A DNA stretch of 64,000 bases from Actinomycetales bacterium (lineage in GTDB: Bacteria > Actinomycetota > Actinomycetes > Actinomycetales > Dermatophilaceae), in contig JBBRWQ010000003.1 in the NCBI GenBank assembly GCA_038249115.1, forward strand, positions 12,375-76,374. The letters are read 5' to 3'. How positions within the stretch are numbered: position 1 is the stretch's first letter; each line of letters starts with the position of its first letter. Shown here piece after piece: positions 47,513 through 57,455 of this stretch. A program made the position numbers and the translations under genes. The notes below the pieces were generated by a model. The model was given only the letters and a program-made list of their open reading frames with translations. It was not told the DNA's origin and searched no databases.

Positions 47513-50194
47513 CTACGTGAGGGACCGTCGTCCGGTGTCCGTGCGTGCCGGCGCCGGCGCGACGAAGACCTCGACCCCGAGGACGGCAACCCCGCCGGGA
47601 TGCGCCATCACAGGGTTGATCTCCAGGGAGGCCACGTCCGGTTGCTGGTCGGCCAGGACCGACACCCGCGCGATGAGATCGGCCAGCGCGGCGCGGTCAG
47701 CCGGAGCGGCGCCGTGATAGCCCTCGAGCAGGGGAGAGGCTTTGACCGAGGAGATCAGGTCCATCACGTCGACGTCGGTCAGCGGCGGAATCCGGTGCCC
47801 GATATCGCCGAGCAGGTCGGTCGGCGGGCCCGCAACACTGAAGCTGACCACGGGCCCGAAGAGGGGATCCTCGGCCGTGCGGATCACACAGGCCACCCCC
47901 GGTGTGGCCATCCGCTGCACCACCAACATGCCCGCGTCATAGGGCGAAAGCCTGACCGCCAGCGACTCGAACGACTCGCGGACGGTTGCCTCCGTCCCCA
48001 GATCGACACGGATACCGGCCAGCTGCGGCTGGTGCCGCACGGCCGGCGAGATCGACTTGAGCACGACGGGGTAGCCGAGCTGCTCGGCCGCGGCGACCGC
48101 GTCATCGGGCGTCTCGGCCAGAACCGTGGGCCAGATCTCCACGCCGTATGCCGCAAGCAACGTCTCGGCCTCAGCCGGCGTCAGCGCCCGGCCCGCGGGG
48201 GCATCAGCAAGGACGCTCTCAATAACCTGCTCGGCCGCAGCTCGGTCCAGGCCCGATGGGGCGACCGGCTCACCATGTTCGCGAGCCCGCCACTGTCCGT
48301 AACGGGTTGCCGACACCAACGCCCGAACGGCGTCCTCAGGCATCGCGTAGGCCGGGACTGCCCGGCCCGGACAATCGTTGTCGTGTGCGGCGCCCTGACC
48401 CCCGGACAGCGCCTCGGTGAGACCCCGCATGCCGAGGAAGGTTGCCACACAAGGCTTCTCGGACTGGGAAGCCGACTGGACAACCGCAGAGGCAACATCC
48501 TCATCGGAGGTGACCAAAGGGTGGATGAAGCAGGTCAGGACACTGTCGACCCGGTCATCGCCGAAGGCCGCATCGAGGGCGGTCGCAAACTCCGCCGCCG
48601 AGGCGTCGGACGGCAACGAGACCGGGCCGTGTGCGACCTCCAGCCCCCAGCTCACGCACGCCTGGGCGGTGAGCGCTCCGAGAGCGGCCGAGTTGCCGAC
48701 AATGCCCACCCGGACACCGCGCGGCAGCGGCTGGTGCACGACGAGCTGGGCCACGTCGAAGAGCTGATGGACGTTCTCCACCCGGATCACGCCGGCCTGC
48801 CGCAACATGGCATCGAAGGCGGCAGGGGGCACGTTGGTGGCGCGGACCCGGTGACCGGGCGGGACGCCAAACGCGGAGACCGCGGACTTGACCACGATCA
48901 CAGGCTTGCGCATTGAGAGCTGCCGCGCGATGCGGGAGAACTTGCGCGGGTTGCCCACCGACTCCAGGTAGAGGCCGACGGCGCAGGTGTCGTCGTCATC
49001 GATCCAGTACTGCATGAAGTCGTTACCCGAGACGTCGACGCGGTTGCCGGCAGAGGCGAAGATCGAGACGCCGAGGTTGCGCCGGGCAGCCGAGGCGAGG
49101 ACGGCGATACCCAGAGCGCCACTTTGGGAGAACAGACCCAGCGTGCCGGCGGGCGGCAGCTCGGGAGCCAGCGAGGCATTCATCCGCACATCGGGATGGG
49201 AGTTGATCACGCCGAAGGAGTTGGGGCCGACGACCCTCATCCCGCTCTCGCGGGCGGTCCGCAACAGCTCACGCTGCAGGTGCTCACCTGCGGGACCCGA
49301 CTCGGCAAAGCCCGCGGACACCACCAACAGCGCCTTGACGCCGGCCTCTGCGCACTCGTGGACGACATCGAGCACCGACTCGGCCGGCACCGCGACGACG
49401 GCGAGGTCAATGTGCTCTGGGATGTCGCTGACCCGCGTATAGGCCTGCAACCCGGCCACTTCCAGCGCCTCGGTGTTGACGGCATGGACCCGCCCCCTGA
49501 AACCAGCGGCGAGGATGTTCTGGAGCAGCTGGTGCCCGATCGTGCCGGCCCGGCGGCTGGCCCCGATCACCGCGATCGACTCCGGGAACAGCACCGAACG
49601 CATGCTCATCGCATCAGCGCGGTGCTCTCTCGACAGCCGTACCGCATGGGACTGGACCGTCGGCTCGATCTCGAAGGCCACAGCGATCACACCGTTGTCG
49701 AAGTGGTGACTGACCTCGTAGCCGGCGTCGTTGAAGACCTGGATCATCTTGCGGTTCTGCGGCAGGACGTCAGCCACGAACTTAGCCACCCCACGCTCCT
49801 GGGCGACCGCGGCCAGGTGCTCAAGCAGCACCGACCCCACCCCCTTGCCCTGGAACGCGTCGGAGATGTTGAAAGCAACCTCGGCCGTGTTGGCATCGAG
49901 CAGGTCGTAGCGGGCGACCCCGATGATCTCACCGCGCACCGTGGCCACCAACGCCACACGGCTGTCGTAGTCGACCTGAGTGAACCGGGCAACGTCCTTG
50001 TCGCTCAGAGTCTTCAGCGGAGCGAAGAAGCGAAGGTAAATCGACTCGGCCGACTGTCCGGCGTGGAAACGGCGAAGACCGTCGGCGTCGTCCGGAACAA
50101 TCGGACGCACGTGAGCCACTGACCCGTCCCGGAGAACGACATCGGCCTCCCACTCCGCCGGATATCCATCGGGTCGAGAGGCCACATCCGTCAT
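47513..50194 (-). CDS. Pat-type protein acetyltransferase: N-terminal GNAT + NDP-forming acyl-CoA synthetase-like domains
   Basis: GNAT motif A (QGKGVGSVLLEHL), then a CoA-binding segment (SIAVIGASRRAGTIG), a ligase-CoA region and ATP-grasp-like regions; 893 aa. Confidence 0.85.
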   Translation of the reverse strand: MTDVASRPDGYPAEWEADVVLRDGSVAHVRPIVPDDADGLRRFHAGQSAESIYLRFFAPLKTLSDKDVARFTQVDYDSRVALVATVRGEIIGVARYDLLDANTAEVAFNISDAFQGKGVGSVLLEHLAAVAQERGVAKFVADVLPQNRKMIQVFNDAGYEVSHHFDNGVIAVAFEIEPTVQSHAVRLSREHRADAMSMRSVLFPESIAVIGASRRAGTIGHQLLQNILAAGFRGRVHAVNTEALEVAGLQAYTRVSDIPEHIDLAVVAVPAESVLDVVHECAEAGVKALLVVSAGFAESGPAGEHLQRELLRTARESGMRVVGPNSFGVINSHPDVRMNASLAPELPPAGTLGLFSQSGALGIAVLASAARRNLGVSIFASAGNRVDVSGNDFMQYWIDDDDTCAVGLYLESVGNPRKFSRIARQLSMRKPVIVVKSAVSAFGVPPGHRVRATNVPPAAFDAMLRQAGVIRVENVHQLFDVAQLVVHQPLPRGVRVGIVGNSAALGALTAQACVSWGLEVAHGPVSLPSDASAAEFATALDAAFGDDRVDSVLTCFIHPLVTSDEDVASAVVQSASQSEKPCVATFLGMRGLTEALSGGQGAAHDNDCPGRAVPAYAMPEDAVRALVSATRYGQWRAREHGEPVAPSGLDRAAAEQVIESVLADAPAGRALTPAEAETLLAAYGVEIWPTVLAETPDDAVAAAEQLGYPVVLKSISPAVRHQPQLAGIRVDLGTEATVRESFESLAVRLSPYDAGMLVVQRMATPGVACVIRTAEDPLFGPVVSFSVAGPPTDLLGDIGHRIPPLTDVDVMDLISSVKASPLLEGYHGAAPADRAALADLIARVSVLADQQPDVASLEINPVMAHPGGVAVLGVEVFVAPAPARTDTGRRSLT

Positions 50195-50279
50195 GGCCTC
50201 AGGATGTCAGACCCCCGGCGAGGTGAGTCTCGCCACACCCCAAACAGCAGGAACGGCTTTCGGTGGCTAGGGTCGGGCC

Positions 50280-52049
50280 ATGGCCGATGCATACGCACAG
50301 TTCCGCCGCGCCCGAGACCTTCTGCTGTCATCGCGGACCGATTACGACCGTGCGGTTGCCGACTACGTCGCACCCCGGCCTGACGACTTCAACTGGGGTC
50401 TCGACTGGTTCGACCGGATCGCGGCGGACTCCGTGACCGGCGCCCGGTCCGCCCTCAAGCTCGTCGAGGCAGACGGGACCAGCCACTCGGTGACCTACGC
50501 CGAGATGTCCGCCCGCTCCTCGCAGGTTGCCTCGTGGTTGTCCTCGCTGGGTGCGGTCAAGGGAGACCGCCTCCTGCTGATGATGGGCAACCAGGTGGAG
50601 CTGTGGGAGACCCTGCTGGCGTGTATCAAGCTGGGTGTCGTAGTCATCCCCGCCACGACGTTGTTGACCTCCGACGACCTCGACGACCGGATCACCCGCG
50701 GCAGCGTGCGACACGTCGTCACCGCGTCGGTCGATGCCCCCAAGTTCGGCGACGTGCCGGGCGCCTACACCCGTATCGCGGCAGGCGAACCGGTTGCCGG
50801 CTGGACGGCCTACAGCGATTCACTCTCTGCACCGACACAGCCTGCGGCCACCGGATTCACCCCTCCGGAGTCTGCTGGCGGAGACGACACCTTGCTGTTG
50901 TACTTCACCTCTGGCACGACCGCCCAGCCCAAGCTGGTCGAGCACACGCACCTGTCCTACCCGGTCGGGCATCTGTCCACGATGTACTGGATCGGTCTGC
51001 AGCCCGGTGACGTCCACCTCAACATCTCCTCGCCCGGATGGGCCAAGCACGCCTGGTCGTCCTTCTTCGCCCCGTGGAACGCCGAGGCCACGATCCTCGT
51101 GGTGAACCAGCCACGTTTCGACGCTGCGGCGCTGCTCAAGACCATGGCTCAGGAGTCGGTAACCACCTTCTGCGCCCCGCCGACCGTCTATCGGATGTTG
51201 ATCCAGCAGGACCTGGCGCCATGGCGCGACCGGCTGTCGATTCGCGAGATGGTCGGAGCCGGGGAACCGCTCAACCCCGAAGTCATCGAGCAGGTTCAGA
51301 ACGGTCTCGGCATCACTATCCGCGACGGGTTCGGCCAGACCGAGACAACGGCACAGGTGGGCAACACCCCCGGCCAGGAGGTCGTGCCCGGCTCGATGGG
51401 ACGGCCCCTGCCTGGTTACGACGTTGTCCTGCGCGACCCGGCCACCGGTGAGGAGCAGCTCGGCGACGGGGCCGAGGGCGAGCTCTGCCTGCGCCTCGCA
51501 GGCGTCGGCGGGCGCCCGGTGGGCCTGATGGTGGCCTATCACGGCGATGCCGAGAAGACGGACGAGTCGATGCGCAACGAGGCGTATCACACCGGCGACG
51601 TTGCCTCCCGGGATGCCCGCGGCTACATCACCTATGTCGGACGTGCCGATGACGTGTTCAAGGCCTCCGACTACCGGATCAGCCCCTTCGAGCTCGAGTC
51701 GGTCTTGATCGAGCATCCGGCCGTGGCTGAGGCAGCCGTAGTGCCCTCGCCAGATGCAACCCGTCTGGCCGTTCCGAAGGCGTATGTCGTTCTGGCGCCT
51801 GGCTACTCACCGACGGCTGAGACCGCTGAGTCCATCCTGGCCTATGCCCGCGAGCACCTCGCGGCATACAAACGGATCCGTCGGATCGAGTTCGCGGAAC
51901 TCCCCAAGACCATCTCGGGCAAGATCCGCCGCGTCGAGCTGCGTGGTCGCGAGGAGGACGCCCACGGATCCGGTGCCGGCTCGGACGCTCCTGACCGGGC
52001 CAGCCAGACGGAGTTCTGGGAGTCCGACTTCCCGGGCCTCAAGAACTGA
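50280..52049 (+). CDS. AMP-forming acyl-CoA synthetase (medium-chain type)
   Basis: AMP-binding motif YFTSGTTAQPK, plus YHTGD, and the C-terminal PKTISGKIRR carrying the conserved catalytic Lys. Confidence 0.9.
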   Translation: MADAYAQFRRARDLLLSSRTDYDRAVADYVAPRPDDFNWGLDWFDRIAADSVTGARSALKLVEADGTSHSVTYAEMSARSSQVASWLSSLGAVKGDRLLLMMGNQVELWETLLACIKLGVVVIPATTLLTSDDLDDRITRGSVRHVVTASVDAPKFGDVPGAYTRIAAGEPVAGWTAYSDSLSAPTQPAATGFTPPESAGGDDTLLLYFTSGTTAQPKLVEHTHLSYPVGHLSTMYWIGLQPGDVHLNISSPGWAKHAWSSFFAPWNAEATILVVNQPRFDAAALLKTMAQESVTTFCAPPTVYRMLIQQDLAPWRDRLSIREMVGAGEPLNPEVIEQVQNGLGITIRDGFGQTETTAQVGNTPGQEVVPGSMGRPLPGYDVVLRDPATGEEQLGDGAEGELCLRLAGVGGRPVGLMVAYHGDAEKTDESMRNEAYHTGDVASRDARGYITYVGRADDVFKASDYRISPFELESVLIEHPAVAEAAVVPSPDATRLAVPKAYVVLAPGYSPTAETAESILAYAREHLAAYKRIRRIEFAELPKTISGKIRRVELRGREEDAHGSGAGSDAPDRASQTEFWESDFPGLKN

Positions 52050-52121
52050 CGCCACAGGCCTCACTGCCTGGTCGTCACGCTCACGCGCCATCCCCTTCCG
52101 GTGCGGCCCTTCCCGTGCGGC

Positions 52122-52925
52122 TCAGCCCAGTGCAAAGACCACGGTCACGTTGACGCTGACGTCCTGGCTTCCGGGCTCGATCGGGACGCTGGCCACGTCG
52201 CGCGACGCATAGGCAGCCGTCGGGTAGCCCATGGGGATCGGCGACGGGGCGGTGACGTCCTCGGCGATGCTGATCACCTCACCCAAGCTCCGCCCGGCGG
52301 CCCGCGCATACTGCTCGGCCTTGGCCTTGGCGTTGGCGAATGACTTGTCCCGGGCGCTGGACACCAGCGCGCTGGTGTCCTCGAGGTCAAGACTGATCCC
52401 GTTGACCCGGACCGCGTTTCCACCTGCGCTGACGGCCTTGCCGATGATGTCACCAGCGCGACCCAGGTCTCGAAGTTTGGCAGTGACGCTCTCCGACACC
52501 TGGTAGCCCTTGATCCGAGGCGCACCTTGTTTCGAGTAGTCGTACTCGGGCTGGATGTTGAGCCCTGACGTCTGCAGGTCCTTCTTCTGGACCTTGTTGT
52601 CGAGCAGGGACTTCTGGACCGCGGCAGCGGAGCGATTCGCCGATGCAAGCGCGTCGGACACCGTGAGCGCAGTCGCTACGACGGAGAGATCCAGCCGGAG
52701 CGTGTCCGGGGTCCCGGCGACGGTGGCCCTTCCTCCGACCGTGATGCCCGGACCGCCGGCGATCGAGGTTGCCGAGGTCTGGGTTCTGGAAACGGCAACG
52801 GTATAGCCCGAGGCCGAAGCCGCGGTGCCGCCAGAACGTGTTGTCCCGATGGCGTACGCGACGGTGAGCGCGATCACGGCGAGCAGGATCATCGCCGCAC
52901 GACGAGGGCTAATGGTGACTGTCAT
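52122..52925 (-). CDS. SIMPL (DUF541) domain protein with N-terminal TM/signal anchor
   Basis: MTVTISPRRAAMILLAVIALTVAYA anchor and a SIMPL-like body. Confidence 0.75.
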   Translation of the reverse strand: MTVTISPRRAAMILLAVIALTVAYAIGTTRSGGTAASASGYTVAVSRTQTSATSIAGGPGITVGGRATVAGTPDTLRLDLSVVATALTVSDALASANRSAAAVQKSLLDNKVQKKDLQTSGLNIQPEYDYSKQGAPRIKGYQVSESVTAKLRDLGRAGDIIGKAVSAGGNAVRVNGISLDLEDTSALVSSARDKSFANAKAKAEQYARAAGRSLGEVISIAEDVTAPSPIPMGYPTAAYASRDVASVPIEPGSQDVSVNVTVVFALG

Positions 52926-53026
52926 GTGGCTGTGACGCAGGACACCGCCGTGCGGTTCCATGCAGCCCGACATCAGGTTCCAGGGAGCCCGCCAGGAGGT
53001 TTCAGACCGCGTGGCACAGTGGCGCC

Positions 53027-53647
53027 ATGGAGTTCTCCGAGGTCGTCCGCAAGCGCCGCATGGTTCGTCAGTACGACCCGGAGCATCCCGTGCCAGCCGA
53101 GGTCATCAACACCGTTCTACGCAACGCCATCAGGGCTCCCAGCGCAGGATTCAGCCAGGGGTGGGATTTCGTCGTGCTCACCGAGCCCGAGGAACGACGG
53201 GCCTATTGGGCCGCTGCCACCGATACCGACGACGAGCCGGACGCATGGCTTGCGGGCATGCAAACCGCCCCGGCCTTGATCATCTGCCTCTCTGACGAGC
53301 TCACCTATCTGCGTCGATATGCCGAGCCGGACAAGGGCTGGACCGACATGGACGAGGCGCGCTGGCCGGTGCCCTACTGGGACATTGACACGGGCATGGC
53401 TGCCCTGATGATGCTTCTGACTGCGGTCGACGAGGGGTTGGGCGGCTGTTTCTTCGGGGCGCCCCCCGAGACCCACGAAGACATCTTCGCGGCGTTCCAG
53501 ATCCCTCATGACCGCAACCTCGTGGGCGTGGTGTCCCTGGGCCACCCGGTACCGCATCCAAAGAGCGGCAGCCTCAAGCGCGGCCTTCGCGGACTGGACC
53601 AGGTGGCGCACTACGGAAGATTCGGCGCGCATGTCGCGGACCTGTGA
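53027..53647 (+). CDS. Nitroreductase family protein
   Basis: RRMVRQYDPE...AIRAPSAGFSQGW is typical of the nitroreductase fold. Confidence 0.8.
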   Translation: MEFSEVVRKRRMVRQYDPEHPVPAEVINTVLRNAIRAPSAGFSQGWDFVVLTEPEERRAYWAAATDTDDEPDAWLAGMQTAPALIICLSDELTYLRRYAEPDKGWTDMDEARWPVPYWDIDTGMAALMMLLTAVDEGLGGCFFGAPPETHEDIFAAFQIPHDRNLVGVVSLGHPVPHPKSGSLKRGLRGLDQVAHYGRFGAHVADL

Positions 53648-53851
53648 GCCTGGCACGGTTCATCCACGTGCGAACGTATGCCGACACGTGTCCGAAGACG
53701 TCCCAGCCAAGGCTGGGGGTACGGCCCTCAGACGGACACCCCCGCTCAGCTAGACGCAACGGCGGGTCGGGGACTGCTCCGGCACGGGCGTGGGTGAAGA
53801 TGGGGTGGCTGAGCTCAGCCGTCGCCTGACCCGCAAGGAGAAGCACCGCGC

Positions 53852-56431
53852 ATGGCCCGCCGCACGTCATCGACCCCACCGCCGCCAGCAGACTTCATCG
53901 AGCGCATCGTCGACATCGACGTCGAGGAGGAGATGCAGGGAGCGTTCCTGGAGTACGCCTACTCGGTGATCTACTCGCGCGCCCTTCCGGATGCGCGCGA
54001 CGGGCTCAAGCCTGTGCAGCGGCGCATCCTCTACGGCATGAGCGAGCTCGGGCTCCGACCCGAACGCGCGCACGTGAAGAGCAGCCGTGTCGTCGGTGAG
54101 GTGATGGGCAAGTACCACCCGCACGGTGATGCGTCCATCTATGACGCACTGGTGCGCATGTCCCAGTCCTTCACCATGCGACTCCCGCTCGTGGACGGGC
54201 ACGGCAACTTCGGGTCGATGGATGACGGCCCGGCGGCGTCGCGCTACACCGAGGCGCGGCTCGCACCATCGGCCATGTTGATGACGACCGGCCTCGACGA
54301 AGAGACCGTCGACTTCGTTCCCAACTATGACGACCAGCTGATGCAGCCGGCCGTGATGCCCGCCGCCTACCCGAACCTCCTGGTCAACGGCGCCAGTGGC
54401 ATTGCCGTCGGGATGGCCACGAACATGGCCCCGCACAACCTTCTCGAGGTCATCGGCGCCGCGCGCCACCTCATTGCCAACCCTGCGTGCTCGCTGGACG
54501 ACCTGATGCGGTTTGTCCCTGGCCCCGACCTCCCGGGCGGCGGCAAGATCATCGGCCTCGAGGGGATTCGCGACGCCTACCTCACCGGGCGTGGGTCGTT
54601 CCGAACCCGGGCGACGACGCGGATCGAGAACGTCACACCTCGCAAGCAGGGAATTGTCGTCACCGAGCTGCCCTATCTGATCGGGCCCGAGAAGGTCATC
54701 GAGAAGATCAAGGACCTGGTCCTGTCCAAGAAGCTCCAGGGCATCAGCGACGTCAAGGATCTGACCGACCGCAAACACGGACTACAGCTTGTCATCGAGA
54801 TCAAGGGCGGCTTCCACCCGCAGGCAGTCCTGGAGCAGCTCTTCAAGCTGACGCCGATGGAGGACAACTTCGGCATCAACAACGTGGCCCTGGTCGACGG
54901 GCAGCCACGCACCCTCGGGCTCAAAGAGCTTCTCCGCGTCTACGTCGACTTCCGCCTGGACGTGGTGCGCCGCCGCAGCACCTACCGGCTTCGCAAGCGC
55001 GAGGAGCGGCTGCACCTGGTTGAGGGACTTCTCATCGCGATCGTGGACATCGACGAGGTGATACAGGTCATCCGCGCCTCCGACGATGCCGCGGTCGCCA
55101 AGGTCCGGCTGATGGACGTGTTCGACCTGTCCGACCCCCAGGCCACCTACATCCTTGACCTGCAGCTACGTCGGCTGACGAAGTTCTCGCGTGTCGAGCT
55201 CGAGACCGAGAAGGCTGAGCTGGAGCGCCAGATTGAGGCCCTCCGCGCCATCCTGGATGACGACAAGCTGCTCCTGAAGACGGTGTCCAACGAGCTCGCT
55301 GATGTCGCCAGGTCGCACGGGACGCCTCGGCGTACGGTTCTGCTCGAGTCGGCAGGGAGCCCCCTCACAGCTACGCCGCTGGAGGTCACCGACGACCCCT
55401 GCTGGGTGCTGCTGTCCTCCACCGGTCTGTTGGCGCGCACTACCAACGCCGAAGCACTGCCGACCGAGGGCGGCCGACACAAGCACGACGCCGTTATCGC
55501 GGCCGTGCAGAGCACCATTCGCGGTCAGGTCGCCCTGGTCACGTCGCGCGGGCGGATGATCCGGCTCTCGGCGCTGGATCTGCCCACCTTGCCGCCGACG
55601 AACGGCGCGCCCTCACTGTCAGGGGGCGCTCCGCTGGCTGCCTTCGTGGATCTTCCCAAGGACGAGAAGCCACTGACCCTGATATCACTGTCTGAGGACT
55701 CCGCCGGCCTCGCCGTCGGAACCGCTCTGGGCGTCGTCAAGCGCGTGGCTGTCGACTACCCCGGCAACAAAGGCGACTGGGAGGTCATCGGTCTCAAGGA
55801 CCACGACGAGGTGGTCGGCGCTGTCGAGCTGCTCACCGGTGATGAGGACCTCGTGTTCATCACCTCCGACGCCCAGCTGCTTCACTTCCCTGCCGCGTCG
55901 GTGCGCCCACAAGGTCGCGCTGCCGGCGGAATGACCGGCATCAAGCTTGCGGCCGGTGCGCGCGTCACGTTCTTCGGCGCAGTCGATCCCCTGGGCGCCA
56001 ACCTCGTGGTCACCTCGAGCGGCTCGTCCGCAGCCTTGCCCGGCACCGAGCCCGGGTCGCTCAAGGCCACCCCGTATGCCGAGTATCCGGCCAAAGGTCG
56101 CGCCACCGGCGGCGTCCGCTGTCACCGATTCCTGCGCGGCGAGGACACCCTGGTTCTGGCCTGGGCGGGTGGCAGTCCGGCACGTGCCGCAGCGGCCAAC
56201 GGTGTTGCCGTGGACCTGCCCGAAGCCTCCGGCAAACGCGACGGTTCTGGGCTTCCGACGGCCACTACGATCGCGGCCATTGCCGGACCGTTGCCCCAGC
56301 CACGATTCTCATCCGGCTCGACGTCCACCATGCCCGCTGTGCCCGCCTCCACCATGCCCGGTCTGGAGGCTGCGCCGGATGGCCCCGAGATGTTCCTTGA
56401 GTTCCCCGAGTTCCCCGCAGGCCGCTCGTGA
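53852..56431 (+). CDS. parC: Type IIA topoisomerase subunit A (ParC/GyrA-like; topoisomerase IV-type)
   Basis: Motifs DGLKPVQRRILY, KYHPHGD, and the catalytic Tyr context AASRYTEARL; 859 aa. Confidence 0.85.
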   Translation: MARRTSSTPPPPADFIERIVDIDVEEEMQGAFLEYAYSVIYSRALPDARDGLKPVQRRILYGMSELGLRPERAHVKSSRVVGEVMGKYHPHGDASIYDALVRMSQSFTMRLPLVDGHGNFGSMDDGPAASRYTEARLAPSAMLMTTGLDEETVDFVPNYDDQLMQPAVMPAAYPNLLVNGASGIAVGMATNMAPHNLLEVIGAARHLIANPACSLDDLMRFVPGPDLPGGGKIIGLEGIRDAYLTGRGSFRTRATTRIENVTPRKQGIVVTELPYLIGPEKVIEKIKDLVLSKKLQGISDVKDLTDRKHGLQLVIEIKGGFHPQAVLEQLFKLTPMEDNFGINNVALVDGQPRTLGLKELLRVYVDFRLDVVRRRSTYRLRKREERLHLVEGLLIAIVDIDEVIQVIRASDDAAVAKVRLMDVFDLSDPQATYILDLQLRRLTKFSRVELETEKAELERQIEALRAILDDDKLLLKTVSNELADVARSHGTPRRTVLLESAGSPLTATPLEVTDDPCWVLLSSTGLLARTTNAEALPTEGGRHKHDAVIAAVQSTIRGQVALVTSRGRMIRLSALDLPTLPPTNGAPSLSGGAPLAAFVDLPKDEKPLTLISLSEDSAGLAVGTALGVVKRVAVDYPGNKGDWEVIGLKDHDEVVGAVELLTGDEDLVFITSDAQLLHFPAASVRPQGRAAGGMTGIKLAAGARVTFFGAVDPLGANLVVTSSGSSAALPGTEPGSLKATPYAEYPAKGRATGGVRCHRFLRGEDTLVLAWAGGSPARAAAANGVAVDLPEASGKRDGSGLPTATTIAAIAGPLPQPRFSSGSTSTMPAVPASTMPGLEAAPDGPEMFLEFPEFPAGRS

Positions 56432-57422
56432 TCGCAGATGGCGCCGGGACCGGCGCCACGGCCATGACCCACGCCCGAAGCAAACCTGATGCCTGCTCGG
56501 TCATCTGGGACAGAGCACAGGCGCCGGCCTTGGGCACCGCCGCCGGCGCGACGTTCTGGGTGGCCCTTGAACAGAGCGGTCCATGGGGTCGAGAAGCTGC
56601 GACGCAGTCGCGCCTGCCGCCAGATATCGGAACAACGCTTGACCGCACATGCCAGGAGAACGGCGGTCGGCTGCTCCTGATCCGTCGTCCTGGCGCCCAC
56701 TCGAACTCTCGCCAGGACCAGAGGCGGCGGGTCTATCTCGCGGGCGGACTGGCAACCCGACCCTGGCTGCTCGAGGCCGACCTCGATGACCCGACGATGT
56801 TGCTCCGGCTTCCGTGGGCTGCGTTTCGGGACGGTGACAAGGCCGCGGTCCGCGACGGGCTGCCCGAGCTCCACGAGTCCCCAGCCCCGGTTCTCATGAT
56901 CTGCGCGAACTCCAAACGAGATGTCTGCTGCGCAGTCCGCGGTCGGCCAGTGGCCATCGAGACATCGGCCAGGCGTCCAGGACAGGTGTGGGAGTGCTCA
57001 CACACCGGAGGACACCGGTTCGCCCCCACTGGTGTCGTCCTCCCCACGGCCAGACCCTCGCCCGCCTCTCTGCCACGTCAGCTGTCGCCGTAGTCGATGC
57101 AGCGGCGCGAGATGAAGTGCCCGTGGAACTGCTGGGCGCGGCATACGACCGGGGTCGCAGCCATCTATTGCCTGCGGCACAAGCCGCCGAATCTGTTGTG
57201 CGAGAATGGGTTCAGGAACCAAACCTGTTGGCCCTGGCGACAACGGCTGCGCCACACGCAACCCGTGCAGACGCCTGGCTTTGCACGGTGCGTCATGTCG
57301 ATGGTCGTCACTGGGACGTTGTCGCCGTGCGAGATCCAGGCGCCGAGGACCGCCCCGAGTCCTGCGGCAAGATGCCAGTACCAACCTGGAAGTGGTCGGT
57401 ACTCAGCGGAACCGGTCGATGA
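56428..57422 (+). pseudogene. Sucrase/ferredoxin-like (thioredoxin-like [2Fe-2S]) gene interrupted by a 1-nt frameshift
   Basis: Frame 1 (56428-57093) carries ICANSKRDVCCAVRGRP and CSHTGGHRFAPTGVVLP. The family-typical continuation HGQTLARL...RGRSHLLPAAQAAE...ESCGKMPVP is in the adjacent frame (ending 57422). The switch point is the C4 run at 57042-57045. Confidence 0.7.
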
Positions 57423-57455
57423 CACCAAGCATCTTCGCCCGCACATCGGTTGCCG

